DNA of 64,000 nt from an uncultured Pelagibacteraceae bacterium (GCA_902623075.1 CACNSD010000005.1:17093-81092); one strand, 5' to 3'; counted from the first letter of the stretch, positions 17,401 through 27,476 are shown. Translations and numbers: made by a program. The notes: generated by a model from the sequence alone, not told the origin.

Positions 17401-18051
17401 ATGCTAAAAAATTTTTATATTATTATTGTTTCTTTAATACTAATAAATATATCATCTGCTAAAGATATAAAAATATTTGAATTTACAGAGAAAGAACTTA
17501 TAGAATTAGAGGTTAGAAAAGTAAGAGGAGCTAAAAATAAAACGATATATTCGGTAGGATCAAATGAAAATGGAAATTATTTAAAAGCAGAAGCTGATAA
17601 TGCTGCTTCTGGTCTTGGAAAAGAGCTTAAAATTGATTTAAATAAAACTCCTTTCATCAATATTACTTGGAAAGTAGAAAAAGACTTAAGAGGTATAAAT
17701 GAGAACTCCAAAAAAGGTCATGATTACGCTGCTCGAGTTTTTGCAATTAAAAAAACTGGAGCTACACCACTTTCAAATAGAGCTATAAATTATGTATTTT
17801 CTAGTAATAGCGACGTTGGAGATAATAGACCTAGTCCTTATACAAAAAAATCAATAGATAATGTATTAGCCTCAACAAAAGATAGCTTCAATCAGTGGGT
17901 TACTGTAAAAGCCAATGTTAAAGAGGACTTTAAGAGATTTCATGATCTAGATGTTAATGAATTAGATGGTCTTGCTATAATGGCTGATACAGATAATTCT
18001 AAAAAGAAGACAATTGCTTACTTTCAGAATATTTATTTTTCAGCTCAATAA
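17401..18051 (+). CDS. Secreted DUF3047-like protein
   Basis: 216 aa with signal peptide MLKNFYIIIVSLILINISSA. TIYSVGSNENGNYLKAEADNAASGL ... INITWKVEKDL ... KKGHDYAARVFAI matches my recollection of DUF3047 motifs (W-x-V, DDxxARVYV). Confidence 0.5.
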   Translation: MLKNFYIIIVSLILINISSAKDIKIFEFTEKELIELEVRKVRGAKNKTIYSVGSNENGNYLKAEADNAASGLGKELKIDLNKTPFINITWKVEKDLRGINENSKKGHDYAARVFAIKKTGATPLSNRAINYVFSSNSDVGDNRPSPYTKKSIDNVLASTKDSFNQWVTVKANVKEDFKRFHDLDVNELDGLAIMADTDNSKKKTIAYFQNIYFSAQ

Positions 18052-18055
18052 TTAG

Positions 18056-18469
18056 ATGAGAAAAAGTTTTAACCATAAGGTCAAAGTTTATTATGAAGAT
18101 ACTGATGCTGGTGGTGTAGTATATTATGCAAATTATTTGAAGTTTCTTGAGAGAGCAAGATCAGAGGTATTATCAGAAGTTGGATTAAGTAATTTGAAAA
18201 TCAAAAAAGATTATGGTGCATTAATTGTTGTTAAATCATGTAATATAGATTTTAATAAATCGGCACATCTAGAAGATAAATTGAATATTAATTCAGTTGT
18301 AACTTCTTTTAGCAAAACATCTTTTACAATGAGCCAGTCAATTTATCGAAAAAAAGATAATATTGTAAAATCAAAAGTTCATTTGGTTTTTGTTAATGAA
18401 AAAAGTAAACCAATTAAAATTCCAGAGAAAATTTTAAAAAGCCTTAAACCTTTTTTATCTTTAAATTAA
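18056..18469 (+). CDS. ybgC: YbgC/FadM-type acyl-CoA thioesterase (4HBT hotdog)
   Basis: VKVYYEDTDAGGVVYYANYLKFLERAR is the canonical YbgC N-terminus with the catalytic Asp. Confidence 0.8.
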   Translation: MRKSFNHKVKVYYEDTDAGGVVYYANYLKFLERARSEVLSEVGLSNLKIKKDYGALIVVKSCNIDFNKSAHLEDKLNINSVVTSFSKTSFTMSQSIYRKKDNIVKSKVHLVFVNEKSKPIKIPEKILKSLKPFLSLN

Positions 18470-19146
18470 ATTTTTGATAATTTTTTTGCTTTTTGCAATA
18501 AACCAATCATCATTTTTTCTGATAATAACTTTGTATTTACATTTCTAGGGCTCGGATGATAACTTGGAATAATTATTATATCTTTTGACAAATATTGAAC
18601 AGAGCCATGCTTAAAGACAAATTTTTTATCAATTTTGAATTTACTTTTGAAAATTTTTATACAATTATCGAAAGCTATTTTACCTAAAGTTACAATGACC
18701 CTTAATTTACTAAGAAAAAGTATTTCTTCATCAAAATAGTTTGAACAATTTATTAATTCATTACTAAGTGGTTTATCTTCAGGGGGAACGCATTTAAGAA
18801 AATTGGTAATATAGGTTGATTTTAATTTTAAATTGTCATTTAAATTTTTAGAAAAAGGATGATTAGAAATACCTGCTTCATATAAACATTTAAATAAAAA
18901 ATCTCCTGATTTGTCTCCTGTAAATGCACGACCAGTCCTAGTTCCTCCGTGTGCAGCAGGGGCCAAACCTATAATTGCCATCTTTGAATTTAAACTTCCA
19001 AAACCAGGAACTGGTTTACCCCAGTATATTTCATTTATATTTTGTCTCCTTTTTGTGGTGCTTACTTTTTTAATATGTTCTACTAATCTTGGACACTTTT
19101 TACAGTTTATTATTGTTTTGTTTAAGTGGTCTAATCTAATATCCAT
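18466..19146 (-). CDS. Uracil-DNA glycosylase, family 4/5 (UdgB-like, Fe-S type)
   Basis: CKKCPRL near the N-terminus, GLAPAAHGGTRTGRAFTGDKSGDFL, and a C-terminal SYHPSPRN. Confidence 0.8.
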   Translation of the reverse strand: MDIRLDHLNKTIINCKKCPRLVEHIKKVSTTKRRQNINEIYWGKPVPGFGSLNSKMAIIGLAPAAHGGTRTGRAFTGDKSGDFLFKCLYEAGISNHPFSKNLNDNLKLKSTYITNFLKCVPPEDKPLSNELINCSNYFDEEILFLSKLRVIVTLGKIAFDNCIKIFKSKFKIDKKFVFKHGSVQYLSKDIIIIPSYHPSPRNVNTKLLSEKMMIGLLQKAKKLSKI

Positions 19147-19148
19147 AT

Positions 19149-19706
19149 ATGAAATTTTTTAAGATTATATTTATTACTTTTATATTTTTAACATGTGGTG
19201 TCAAAGCAGATTTAAATGAAAATTTAATAAAAGAGTTTGAACAGGGTGGAAAATTAGTATTTATTAGACATGCTTATGCACCTGGAAGTGGTGATCCTAA
19301 AAATTTCAATTTAAACGATTGTTCTACTCAAAGAAATTTAAATGATAGTGGAAGAGTACAATCTAAAAATATAGGAAATTTTTTCTCTAGACATAATATT
19401 AAAATTAACAAGGTTTATTCAAGTGAGTGGTGCAGATGTAAAGAAACTGCTTTTATTGCTTTTAAAAGATTTGAAACAAAAAAATTTCTAAATTCTTTTT
19501 ATAGTTCTCAATTTGCAAAAAATAGAAAAAAACAAGTTATAGAATTCAAAGAATTCGTAAATAAGTGGGATAAAAAAGAAAATTTAATATTTATTACGCA
19601 TTATGTGTTTATTTCTGAAATACTAGATTATGCACCTTCCTCTGGAGAAATAATAATAGCAGATAAGCACTTTAATATTATTGATACTTTAGAAATTGAA
19701 TATTAA
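19149..19706 (+). CDS. Histidine phosphatase family protein, secreted
   Basis: Signal peptide, then LVFIRHAYAPG (an RHG-type catalytic motif) and a later ITHYVFI. Confidence 0.7.
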   Translation: MKFFKIIFITFIFLTCGVKADLNENLIKEFEQGGKLVFIRHAYAPGSGDPKNFNLNDCSTQRNLNDSGRVQSKNIGNFFSRHNIKINKVYSSEWCRCKETAFIAFKRFETKKFLNSFYSSQFAKNRKKQVIEFKEFVNKWDKKENLIFITHYVFISEILDYAPSSGEIIIADKHFNIIDTLEIEY

Positions 19707-19717
19707 AATTAAGTATA

Positions 19718-19855
19718 ATGTCTTCTAAAAGAGCCATGCGACAAGCACAAAAACAAGCTTATGCAAAGCATAGATCTAATATTACAAGTAGTAGATTTGA
19801 ATTAAAAAAAGAATTTTTAAATAAAAGTAAAGTCAAAAAAAAAAATAAAAATTAG
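19718..19855 (+). CDS. Possible 45-aa highly basic small protein
   Basis: Hand translation: MSSKRAMRQAQKQAYAKHRSNITSSRFELKKEFLNKSKVKKKNKN. The stop overlaps the stop of the convergent 19852 gene. Confidence 0.3.
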   Translation: MSSKRAMRQAQKQAYAKHRSNITSSRFELKKEFLNKSKVKKKNKN

Positions 19856-20274
19856 CTTCGTCGATCAAATTTTTCTATTTTTTTACAAGTTGAAACTTTA
19901 GATATACTTTCAATATCATTTAACACTGCCTTAATAAATATTTCTTGTTTATCTTTTTCAATTAAGATTTGAGTATAAAATTGAGGGTAACCATGTTTTA
20001 AAGTTAATATTTTACCATTTTCTTCATAAATATTTCTAACATATGAATTTGATTTTTTAACACTTAAATCTGTAATTTTAAGTTTTTGATAAGTTTTTTC
20101 GTTATAAACATAATTTCTTGTCATGATTAATTCATTAAGATTTAAAATATACTCATTTTTTAAAAAACCATCTTCTTTATGATCACATTTGCTAAGCACT
20201 ATTATCTCAGCGTTTAATTCCAAGAATGAAAAAAAGAATAATAAAAAAAAAACTAATAACCTATTTTTTTTCAT
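19852..20274 (-). CDS. Secreted hypothetical protein
   Basis: Start placed at MKKNRLLVFFLLFFFSFLELNA (signal peptide) rather than 20298. No recognisable motifs. Confidence 0.55.
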   Translation of the reverse strand: MKKNRLLVFFLLFFFSFLELNAEIIVLSKCDHKEDGFLKNEYILNLNELIMTRNYVYNEKTYQKLKITDLSVKKSNSYVRNIYEENGKILTLKHGYPQFYTQILIEKDKQEIFIKAVLNDIESISKVSTCKKIEKFDRRS

Positions 20275-20434
20275 TTTTATCTGCAAAAAATAAAGCAATA
20301 ATAAAAATTACTGTCCAGACGAATACCGAAAGTGTTTTGAAAGGAGTTGTTTCAGCTCCCCAAACATCTAAAAACAAAGCTCCTATAATTATACCTATGG
20401 CATAAATAATACTTATTATTTTGACTTTATTCAT
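20261..20434 (-). CDS. Possible 57-aa two-TM membrane protein
   Basis: Hand translation: MNKVKIISIIYAIGIIIGALFLDVWGAETTPFKTLSVFVWTVIFIIALFFADKNEKK. It overlaps the downstream start by 14 nt. Confidence 0.3.
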   Translation of the reverse strand: MNKVKIISIIYAIGIIIGALFLDVWGAETTPFKTLSVFVWTVIFIIALFFADKNEKK

Positions 20435-20492
20435 AATATTAAAATTAATATAAAATTTAGATGATAAATAGTTATTTTTTTAATATTTGTCA

Positions 20493-20521
20493 TTGGACAA
20501 ATAGCTTCAATAATATATAAA
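20493..20521 (+). promoter_or_regulatory. Putative sigma-70 promoter for tRNA-Leu/tig
   Basis: TTGGAC (20493-20498), a 17-nt spacer, then TATAAA (20516-20521), ending 14 nt before the tRNA. Confidence 0.4.
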
Positions 20522-20535
20522 ACCTCGTAATTTGT

Positions 20536-20620
20536 GGGGCGATGGCGGAATTGGTAGACGCGTTGGTCTTAGGAACCAATATGGCAACATGTGAAGGTTC
20601 GAGTCCTTTTCGCCCTACCA
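20536..20620 (+). tRNA. tRNA-Leu (anticodon TAG)
   Basis: Hand fold. Acceptor GGGGCGA/TCGCCCT (G1-U72), anticodon stem TTGGT/ACCAA with loop CTTAGGA, long variable arm ATG-GCAA-CAT, T-loop TTCGAGT, and an encoded CCA. Confidence 0.9.
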
Positions 20621-20630
20621 TTTTAATATT

Positions 20631-22061
20631 ATGAAAGTTACAATAGAAAATAAAAAAGGATTAAATAAAGACCTTAAAATTTTTATCGATAAAGAGACAA
20701 TGAACTCTTATATGGATGAAAAATATGAAGAGATAAAAGGTACTGTAAATCTTAAAGGATTTAGACCAGGCAAAGTTCCAAAAGAAATTTTAAAAAGACA
20801 ATTTGGCAAGGCAGTTTTTGGAGAAGTTTTGGATAAAGTTTTAAAAGAAACATCTACAAAAGCATTAGAGGAAAATAAAATTAAACCAGCCGGTCAACCA
20901 AAGCTAGACTTGAAGACTTACGGTGAAGATAAAGATCTTGAATATATATTATCAGTAACGGAATTACCAAAAGTAGAAATTAAATCTTTAGAAAATATTA
21001 AATTTGATGAATACACTGTAAAAATTGATGAAAGTGAAACAGATAAAAGAATTAAAGAAATTGCCAAAAACCAACCAAATTTTAAAGAAGTTAGCACTGA
21101 TACAAAAGCTAAAAAAGGTGATTTAGTTTCTCTAGATTACAAAGCAACAGTTGATGGCGAAGATTTTAAAGGAAGTGAAGGAAAAAATACCCAGTTAACT
21201 TTAGGTAAAGATTTATTCTTAAAAGGCTTTGACGAACAACTAATTGGAGTAAAAAAAGATGATGAAAAAATTGTAGAAGCTACATTGCCAGAAAATTTTC
21301 CTGAAAAAGAATTAGTAAATAAAAAAGCAAAATTTAATTGTAAAATTTTAAGTGTAAAACAATCAGAAGAAGTAAAAATTAATGATGATTTTGCAAAAAA
21401 TTTAGGAGCAAAAGATTTAAAAGATTTAAAATCATTAATTTCAAAACAAATTAATGATGAATATAAAAATTCTTTGGATCAGTTATCTAAAAACCAAATT
21501 CTAAAAGAAATTGAAAAAATTAAAGTAGATGAAGTTCCTGAAAATTTAATTGAAGAAGAAATAAAAATTCTATCTCAAGGAATATCAGAAGAAGAGGCTA
21601 AGAAAAATAAAAAAAATTTTGAAGAAAAAGCAAAAACGAGAATTAAAACTGGATTAATTTTAAACGAGTTTGGAGAAAAAAATCAAATTAAAGTAACAGA
21701 ACAAGAGATTCAAGCTGAAGTGCAAAAACAACTAAGAATGATGCCAGGACAAGAAAAAATGGTTATGGATTTTTACCAAAAAAACCCTTCTGCATTAGCA
21801 AGCTTAAGAGGAACAGTATATGAAGAAAAAATTTTAAATTTAATTAAAGAAAAAGGTAAAGCAAATAAGAAAGAGATTTCAAAAGAAGTAGCTGAAAAGA
21901 TTTTAAAAGAAGCTCATAAGTATGACCATAGTCATGTCGAAGAAAAAAAAGAAAATAAGAAAAAATCACCCCCAACATCTGCTAAAGAAAAAAAACCTAC
22001 AACTAAAAAGGCAAAATCAAAGCCCGCAGTGAAAAAGATAAAAAAAGTTAGCAAAAAGTAA
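20631..22061 (+). CDS. tig: Trigger factor
   Basis: GFRPGKVP ribosome-binding signature, an FKBP-like middle domain, and its position upstream of clpP-clpX-lon. Confidence 0.95.
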   Translation: MKVTIENKKGLNKDLKIFIDKETMNSYMDEKYEEIKGTVNLKGFRPGKVPKEILKRQFGKAVFGEVLDKVLKETSTKALEENKIKPAGQPKLDLKTYGEDKDLEYILSVTELPKVEIKSLENIKFDEYTVKIDESETDKRIKEIAKNQPNFKEVSTDTKAKKGDLVSLDYKATVDGEDFKGSEGKNTQLTLGKDLFLKGFDEQLIGVKKDDEKIVEATLPENFPEKELVNKKAKFNCKILSVKQSEEVKINDDFAKNLGAKDLKDLKSLISKQINDEYKNSLDQLSKNQILKEIEKIKVDEVPENLIEEEIKILSQGISEEEAKKNKKNFEEKAKTRIKTGLILNEFGEKNQIKVTEQEIQAEVQKQLRMMPGQEKMVMDFYQKNPSALASLRGTVYEEKILNLIKEKGKANKKEISKEVAEKILKEAHKYDHSHVEEKKENKKKSPPTSAKEKKPTTKKAKSKPAVKKIKKVSKK

Positions 22062-22093
22062 TCTCAAGTTGTATAAGTAGTACGAATCAACTT

Positions 22094-22705
22094 ATGACAA
22101 CAAAATTATCAGAATATATGAGCAATCTTGTACCAATGGTTGTTGAGCAATCAAGCAAAGGCGAAAGAGCTTACGATATATATTCAAGACTTTTAAAAGA
22201 GAGAATAATATTTTTAACAGGTCAAATAAATGACAATGTCGCTTCTTTAGTTACTGCTCAATTATTGTTCTTAGAAGCTGAGGACCCAAAAAAAGAAATT
22301 TATTTGTATATTAATAGTCCAGGTGGATTAGTTACTGCAGGTCTTGGTATTTATGATACTATGCAATATGTTAAACCTGATATTTCTACTTTGTGCATTG
22401 GTCAAGCAGCGTCTATGGGATCTTTTTTACTAGCTGCTGGAACTAAGGGAAAAAGATTTTCATTACCAAACTCTAGAATAATGGTTCATCAACCATCAGC
22501 AGGCTTTCAAGGCCAAGCGACAGACATTGAAATACACGCAAATGAAGTTTTGTCTTTAAAGAAAAGGCTTAATGAAATTTATTCGAAACACACAGGTAAA
22601 AGTGTTGAGGAAATAAAATCTGCTCTTGAAAGAGACAATTTTATGACAGCTGATGCCGCACAATCGTTTGGTCTTATTGATGAAGTAGTAGAAAAAAGAT
22701 CATAA
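22094..22705 (+). CDS. clpP: ATP-dependent Clp protease proteolytic subunit
   Basis: [24 protein letters not shown] (catalytic Ser) and MVHQPS. Confidence 0.97.
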   Translation: MTTKLSEYMSNLVPMVVEQSSKGERAYDIYSRLLKERIIFLTGQINDNVASLVTAQLLFLEAEDPKKEIYLYINSPGGLVTAGLGIYDTMQYVKPDISTLCIGQAASMGSFLLAAGTKGKRFSLPNSRIMVHQPSAGFQGQATDIEIHANEVLSLKKRLNEIYSKHTGKSVEEIKSALERDNFMTADAAQSFGLIDEVVEKRS

Positions 22706-22797
22706 CATACAATATATTGATTTAAAGATAATCGAAACTTGATTAGTATGAGTCATTTATAATAAAGTGATAGATGTGATTCGTTGTAAAAATCAAA

Positions 22798-24066
22798 ATG
22801 ACAAATAATAATAAAAATATTCTTTACTGTTCTTTTTGTGGCAAGAGCCAACATGAGGTTAGAAAATTAATTGCTGGCCCAACTGTGTTTATTTGTGATG
22901 AATGCGTTGAGCTATGTATGGATATCATTAAAGAGGAGAGTAAAGACACCTTTGTAAAGCATCAAGATGGTTTACCATCTCCTAAAGAAATTTGCTCAGT
23001 GCTTGATGATTACGTAATTGGACAAGCTCATGCAAAGAAAGTTCTATCTGTTGCAGTACATAATCACTACAAGAGATTAAATTATGAAAACAAAACTAGT
23101 AAGAATGTAGAATTGTCAAAATCTAATATACTTTTAGTAGGTCCTACAGGATGTGGAAAGACATTATTGGCACAAACTCTTGCTAGAATTCTTGATGTTC
23201 CGTTTACAATGGCAGATGCAACAACTTTAACAGAAGCAGGTTATGTAGGTGAAGATGTTGAAAATATTATTTTAAAATTATTACAAGCGTCTGACTATAA
23301 TGTCGAAAAAGCTCAAAGAGGAATAGTTTATATTGACGAAGTTGATAAGATAAGTAGAAAATCAGAAAACCCATCAATTACACGTGACGTATCGGGTGAA
23401 GGAGTGCAGCAAGCTCTTCTTAAAATTATGGAGGGAACTGTTGCGAGTGTTCCACCTCAGGGAGGAAGAAAACATCCACAGCAAGAATTCTTACAAGTTG
23501 ATACTACAAATATTTTATTTATCTGTGGTGGTGCATTTGCAGGACTTGATAAAATTATTTCACAAAGAGATAAAGGAACTTCAATAGGTTTTGGTGCAGA
23601 TGTGAAAAATACTCAAGATAAGAAAACAGGTGAGTGGATGAAAGGATTAGAGCCAGAAGATTTATTAAAATTTGGATTAATTCCAGAATTTATAGGAAGA
23701 CTTCCAATGATAGCAACACTTGAAGACTTAGATGAAAAGTCTTTAATTAAAATATTACAAGAACCGAAAAATTCTTTAACAAAACAATATCAAGAGTTAT
23801 TTAAACTAGACGGAGCAAAATTGACATTTAAAGAAAATGCTCTAAAAGAAATTGCACAAAAAGCTATTAGCAAAAAAACTGGGGCAAGAGGATTAAGATC
23901 AATATTGGAAAATATTTTACTTAAAACAATGTATGATCTTCCGAGTCAAGATAATATTGAAGAGGTTATTGTTGATGCCAGTGCAGTAAAAGGACAATCA
24001 CAACCAATTTTAGTACATACTAAAGGTGACAATAAATCTAAGCCAAATAAGACCACAGCGGCTTAA
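22798..24066 (+). CDS. clpX: ATP-dependent Clp protease ATP-binding subunit ClpX
   Basis: Zn finger [26 protein letters not shown], Walker A GPTGCGKT and Walker [10 protein letters not shown]. Confidence 0.97.
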   Translation: MTNNNKNILYCSFCGKSQHEVRKLIAGPTVFICDECVELCMDIIKEESKDTFVKHQDGLPSPKEICSVLDDYVIGQAHAKKVLSVAVHNHYKRLNYENKTSKNVELSKSNILLVGPTGCGKTLLAQTLARILDVPFTMADATTLTEAGYVGEDVENIILKLLQASDYNVEKAQRGIVYIDEVDKISRKSENPSITRDVSGEGVQQALLKIMEGTVASVPPQGGRKHPQQEFLQVDTTNILFICGGAFAGLDKIISQRDKGTSIGFGADVKNTQDKKTGEWMKGLEPEDLLKFGLIPEFIGRLPMIATLEDLDEKSLIKILQEPKNSLTKQYQELFKLDGAKLTFKENALKEIAQKAISKKTGARGLRSILENILLKTMYDLPSQDNIEEVIVDASAVKGQSQPILVHTKGDNKSKPNKTTAA

Positions 24067-24126
24067 TATCCTTAATAAACTACAAAAATCTATTGCATTA
24101 TAAAATTTAATATCCATATTATCATC

Positions 24127-26505
24127 ATGGACGTCAAAATATTATTACCTCTACTTCCTTTAAGAGATATTGTTGTGTTTCCAAGTATGGTCATTCCATT
24201 ATTTGTAGGGAGGGATAAATCGATTTCTGCACTTAATGAAGTGATGAAAAAAGATAAAAAAATTATCCTTGTAACTCAAAAAAATTCTGAGATTGATGAC
24301 CCTAAAAAAACAGACGTTTTTATGTATGGATGTGAAGGAAGTATCTTGCAACTATTAAAATTACCTGACGGAACAGTTAAAGTTTTAGTTGAAGGTATTA
24401 AAAGAGTAAAAATTTTAGACTTTAAGGACAATGAAAAATTTATATCTTGTGAATATACTTCTTATAATGATATTTTTTCTGAAGATGAAGATTTATTTCC
24501 ATTAGCTGCTACAGCTTTAAGAAGATTAGAAAAATTAACATCAATAAATAAAAAAATTTCAAATGAAACAATAAATACTATTAAACAATTAAAAGATCCT
24601 TCTCAAATTGCCGACAACATAGCATCTCATTTAACAGCAACTATTTCTGAAAAACAACAAATTTTTGAAACTGTTGATGTTAAGAAAAGATTAAATGCTA
24701 TTATTAAAATTATGGAGAATGAGACTAGTATAATTGGCGTTGAGAAAAGAATAAGAGGAAGAGTTAAAACTCAAATGGAAAAAACACAGAGAGAGTATTA
24801 TTTAAATGAGCAATTAAAAGCTATTCAAAAAGAACTTGGTGAAATTGAAGATGGCAAAGACGAAACAACCAGTCTCAATAAAGCTATAATAAAATCTAAG
24901 ATGCCAAAGGATGTTGAAAAGAAATGCTTACAGGAATTAAAAAAATTGAAAAACATGAGTCCAATGTCTGCGGAGGCAACTGTTGTAAGAAACTATTTAG
25001 ATTGGATGACGGAGCTTCCTTGGCATAAGAAAAGTGAAGTTGATATCGATTTATCCAAAGCATTAAATATTCTAGATAAAGACCACTTTGGATTAGAAAA
25101 AGTAAAAGAAAGAATAGTTGAATTTTTAGCAGTTCAAAAGAGAATGGAAAAAATCAAGGGTCCAATTCTGTGCTTAGTGGGACCCCCAGGTGTTGGAAAA
25201 ACATCTTTAGGTAAGTCAATAGCAAAAGCTACAAACAGAGAATTTGTAAGAATGTCAGTTGGTGGGATGAGAGATGAAGCTGAAATAAGAGGTCATAGAA
25301 GAACATACATAGGTTCTTTACCTGGTAAAATTATTCAAATGATGAAGAAAGCTGGAACAAAAAATCCTTTAATTTTATTAGATGAAATTGATAAAATTGG
25401 AAATGATTATAGAGGTGATCCCTCCTCAGCCTTGTTAGAAGCTTTAGATCCTGAACAAAATACAACTTTTAATGATCATTATTTAGAAGTTGATTATGAT
25501 TTATCAGATGTAATGTTTGTAACAACTGCAAACACTCTAAATATTTTACCACCTTTGTTAGATAGAATGGAAGTAATTAGGTTAGCTGGCTATACAGAAG
25601 ATGAGAAAATAAATATAGCAAATAAATATTTATTACCAAAACAAATAAAAGACAATGGTGTTAAAGAAAAAGAAATGAAGTTAGATGATGACATTATTAA
25701 AGAAGTTATAAGAGGATATACAAAAGAATCAGGGGTAAGAAATCTTGAGAGAGAAATTTCTAAATTAGCTAGAAAAGTTGTTAAAAAAATTGTTTCTGGA
25801 GAAGAAAAAGAAGTTGAAATAACTGTCAAAAATTTGACAGATTATTTAGGTGTTCCAAAATTTAAATTTGGAGAGTTAGAAACTGAGAATAGAGTTGGTA
25901 TAGTAACCGGACTTGCATGGACTGAATATGGAGGAGAGATATTAAAAATTGAGACAGCTACTATGCCAGGAAAAGGTAGAATGCAGATTACAGGCAAATT
26001 AGGTGATGTAATGCAAGAATCAGTTAAAGCAGCCAAATCTTTTGTAAGATCTAAGTGCTTAGAATACGGAATTATTCCTCCAGTTTTTGAAAAAAAAGAT
26101 TTTCATATTCATGTGCCAGAAGGTGCAACGCCTAAAGATGGTCCATCAGCAGGTATAGGTATGGTTACTTCAATTGTATCCTCTATTACCAATATTCCAG
26201 TCAGAAGAGATTTAGCAATGACTGGCGAGGTGACTTTAACTGGTCAAGTATTACCAATTGGAGGGTTAAAAGAAAAGTTATTAGCAGCACATAGGGCTGG
26301 AATTAAGGAGGTTTTAATTCCAAAAGAAAATGAAAAGGATCTAGTAGATATGCCCAAGAAGATAATAGATGATATTAAAATTACACCAGTTGAATACGCT
26401 GACCAAGTGGTAAAAATTGCGCTGACAAAAGAACTCAAACCAACCGAATGGGTTGAGGTTGATATATCAAAAAAAGATGATAAATCACAAGCTAGTATTC
26501 AATAA
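24127..26505 (+). CDS. lon: Lon protease
   Basis: LPLLPLRDIVVFP N-domain, Walker A GPPGVGKTS and the protease Ser motif KDGPSAGI. Confidence 0.97.
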   Translation: MDVKILLPLLPLRDIVVFPSMVIPLFVGRDKSISALNEVMKKDKKIILVTQKNSEIDDPKKTDVFMYGCEGSILQLLKLPDGTVKVLVEGIKRVKILDFKDNEKFISCEYTSYNDIFSEDEDLFPLAATALRRLEKLTSINKKISNETINTIKQLKDPSQIADNIASHLTATISEKQQIFETVDVKKRLNAIIKIMENETSIIGVEKRIRGRVKTQMEKTQREYYLNEQLKAIQKELGEIEDGKDETTSLNKAIIKSKMPKDVEKKCLQELKKLKNMSPMSAEATVVRNYLDWMTELPWHKKSEVDIDLSKALNILDKDHFGLEKVKERIVEFLAVQKRMEKIKGPILCLVGPPGVGKTSLGKSIAKATNREFVRMSVGGMRDEAEIRGHRRTYIGSLPGKIIQMMKKAGTKNPLILLDEIDKIGNDYRGDPSSALLEALDPEQNTTFNDHYLEVDYDLSDVMFVTTANTLNILPPLLDRMEVIRLAGYTEDEKINIANKYLLPKQIKDNGVKEKEMKLDDDIIKEVIRGYTKESGVRNLEREISKLARKVVKKIVSGEEKEVEITVKNLTDYLGVPKFKFGELETENRVGIVTGLAWTEYGGEILKIETATMPGKGRMQITGKLGDVMQESVKAAKSFVRSKCLEYGIIPPVFEKKDFHIHVPEGATPKDGPSAGIGMVTSIVSSITNIPVRRDLAMTGEVTLTGQVLPIGGLKEKLLAAHRAGIKEVLIPKENEKDLVDMPKKIIDDIKITPVEYADQVVKIALTKELKPTEWVEVDISKKDDKSQASIQ

Positions 26506-26517
26506 GTCAAACACAGT

Positions 26518-26637
26518 ATGGAAATATCCTTATTTTTACTGTCTATTATATTAGCTATAATCTATATTTTTAGACCAATTAGTAAAACAGATGAAAAAGA
26601 ATTCAGAAATAAGAATAATTGGCGTGGTGGCTTTTAA
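26518..26637 (+). CDS. Possible 39-aa single-TM small protein
   Basis: Hand translation: MEISLFLLSIILAIIYIFRPISKTDEKEFRNKNNWRGGF. It starts 12 nt after the lon stop. Confidence 0.25.
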   Translation: MEISLFLLSIILAIIYIFRPISKTDEKEFRNKNNWRGGF

Positions 26638-26720
26638 ATTTTTTATATAAAATAATCTTATTTATTAACTTAAACTTGTGAAATATGAGGGATATGGCTA
26701 TTTTTCAAGGTTAATAGATC

Positions 26721-26748
26721 TTGACGTAAGTAAACTAAAGGATATAAA
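26721..26748 (+). promoter_or_regulatory. Putative sigma-70 promoter for tRNA-Val/tRNA-Asp
   Basis: TTGACG (26721-26726), a 16-nt spacer, then TATAAA (26743-26748), ending 19 nt before tRNA-Val. Confidence 0.4.
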
Positions 26749-26767
26749 ACACTGTATTTTTGGTTAT

Positions 26768-26843
26768 GGGCGGTTAGCTCAGTTGGTAGAGCATCTCGTT
26801 TACACCGAGGGGGTCAAAGGTTCGAGTCCTTTACTGCCCACCA
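26768..26843 (+). tRNA. tRNA-Val (anticodon TAC)
   Basis: GGGCGGTTAGCTCAGTTGGTAGAGC..., anticodon loop TTTACAC, T-loop GGTTCGAGTCC, and an encoded CCA. Confidence 0.92.
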
Positions 26844-26860
26844 AAAAAATTAAATAAAGT

Positions 26861-26937
26861 GGGGGTGTAGCTCAGTTGGTTAGAGCGATCGCCTGTCACG
26901 CGATAGGTCGAGGGTTCGAGTCCCTTCACTCCCGCCA
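26861..26937 (+). tRNA. tRNA-Asp (anticodon GTC)
   Basis: GGGGGTGTAGCTCAGTTGGTTAGAGC..., anticodon loop CTGTCAC, T-loop GGTTCGAGTCC, discriminator G, and an encoded CCA. Confidence 0.92.
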
Positions 26938-26980
26938 CTTTAACCTAATTTTTGACAAAGATACTAAATTATTGATTTTG

Positions 26981-27008
26981 TTGACTTTTTTTTCACTATT
27001 TGTATAAA
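26981..27008 (+). promoter_or_regulatory. Putative sigma-70 promoter for the nuo operon
   Basis: TTGACT (26981-26986), a 16-nt spacer, then TATAAA (27003-27008), about 87 nt upstream of the nuoA ATG. Confidence 0.4.
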
Positions 27009-27094
27009 TCATTGATATTGTTATCTTTTTTTTTATTGTAAAATGTGACGTATCAGCACTTCAACATAAATTAAAAAGTGATATATAGATTTTC

Positions 27095-27463
27095 ATGTTA
27101 TCTGAATTTCTTAAAGATTATTTACCTATAATTATATTTTTAATAATTGCATTAGGGTTAAGCTGTGCATTTGTGGTAATTAATTTTATTCTTTCGCCGA
27201 AAAAACCTGATCCAGAAAAACTATCTGCTTATGAGTGTGGATTTGAACCTTTTGAAGATTCTAGACTTGAGTTTGATGTAAGATTTTATCTAGTTGCAAT
27301 TTTATTTATTATATTTGATTTGGAGATAGCATTTTTATTTCCTTGGGCAATTTCTCTTGGAAATATTGGGTTACTTGGTTTTTCATCAATGATGATTTTT
27401 TTATTCATTCTTACAATTGGATTTATTTATGAATGGAAAAAGGGCGCTTTAGACTGGGAATAA
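27095..27463 (+). CDS. nuoA: NADH-quinone oxidoreductase subunit A
   Basis: 122 aa, 3 [10 protein letters not shown] and [11 protein letters not shown] motifs. Confidence 0.95.
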   Translation: MLSEFLKDYLPIIIFLIIALGLSCAFVVINFILSPKKPDPEKLSAYECGFEPFEDSRLEFDVRFYLVAILFIIFDLEIAFLFPWAISLGNIGLLGFSSMMIFLFILTIGFIYEWKKGALDWE

Positions 27464-27476
27464 AATTATAAATCAA

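Noticed and set aside
20536..26937. tRNA-Leu, tRNA-Val and tRNA-Asp as genomic-island integration sites.
   Set aside because: There is no adjacent integrase, and the flanking genes are conserved core genes (tig, lon, nuoA). I noticed no duplicated tRNA 3' fragment, though I did not search for one exhaustively.
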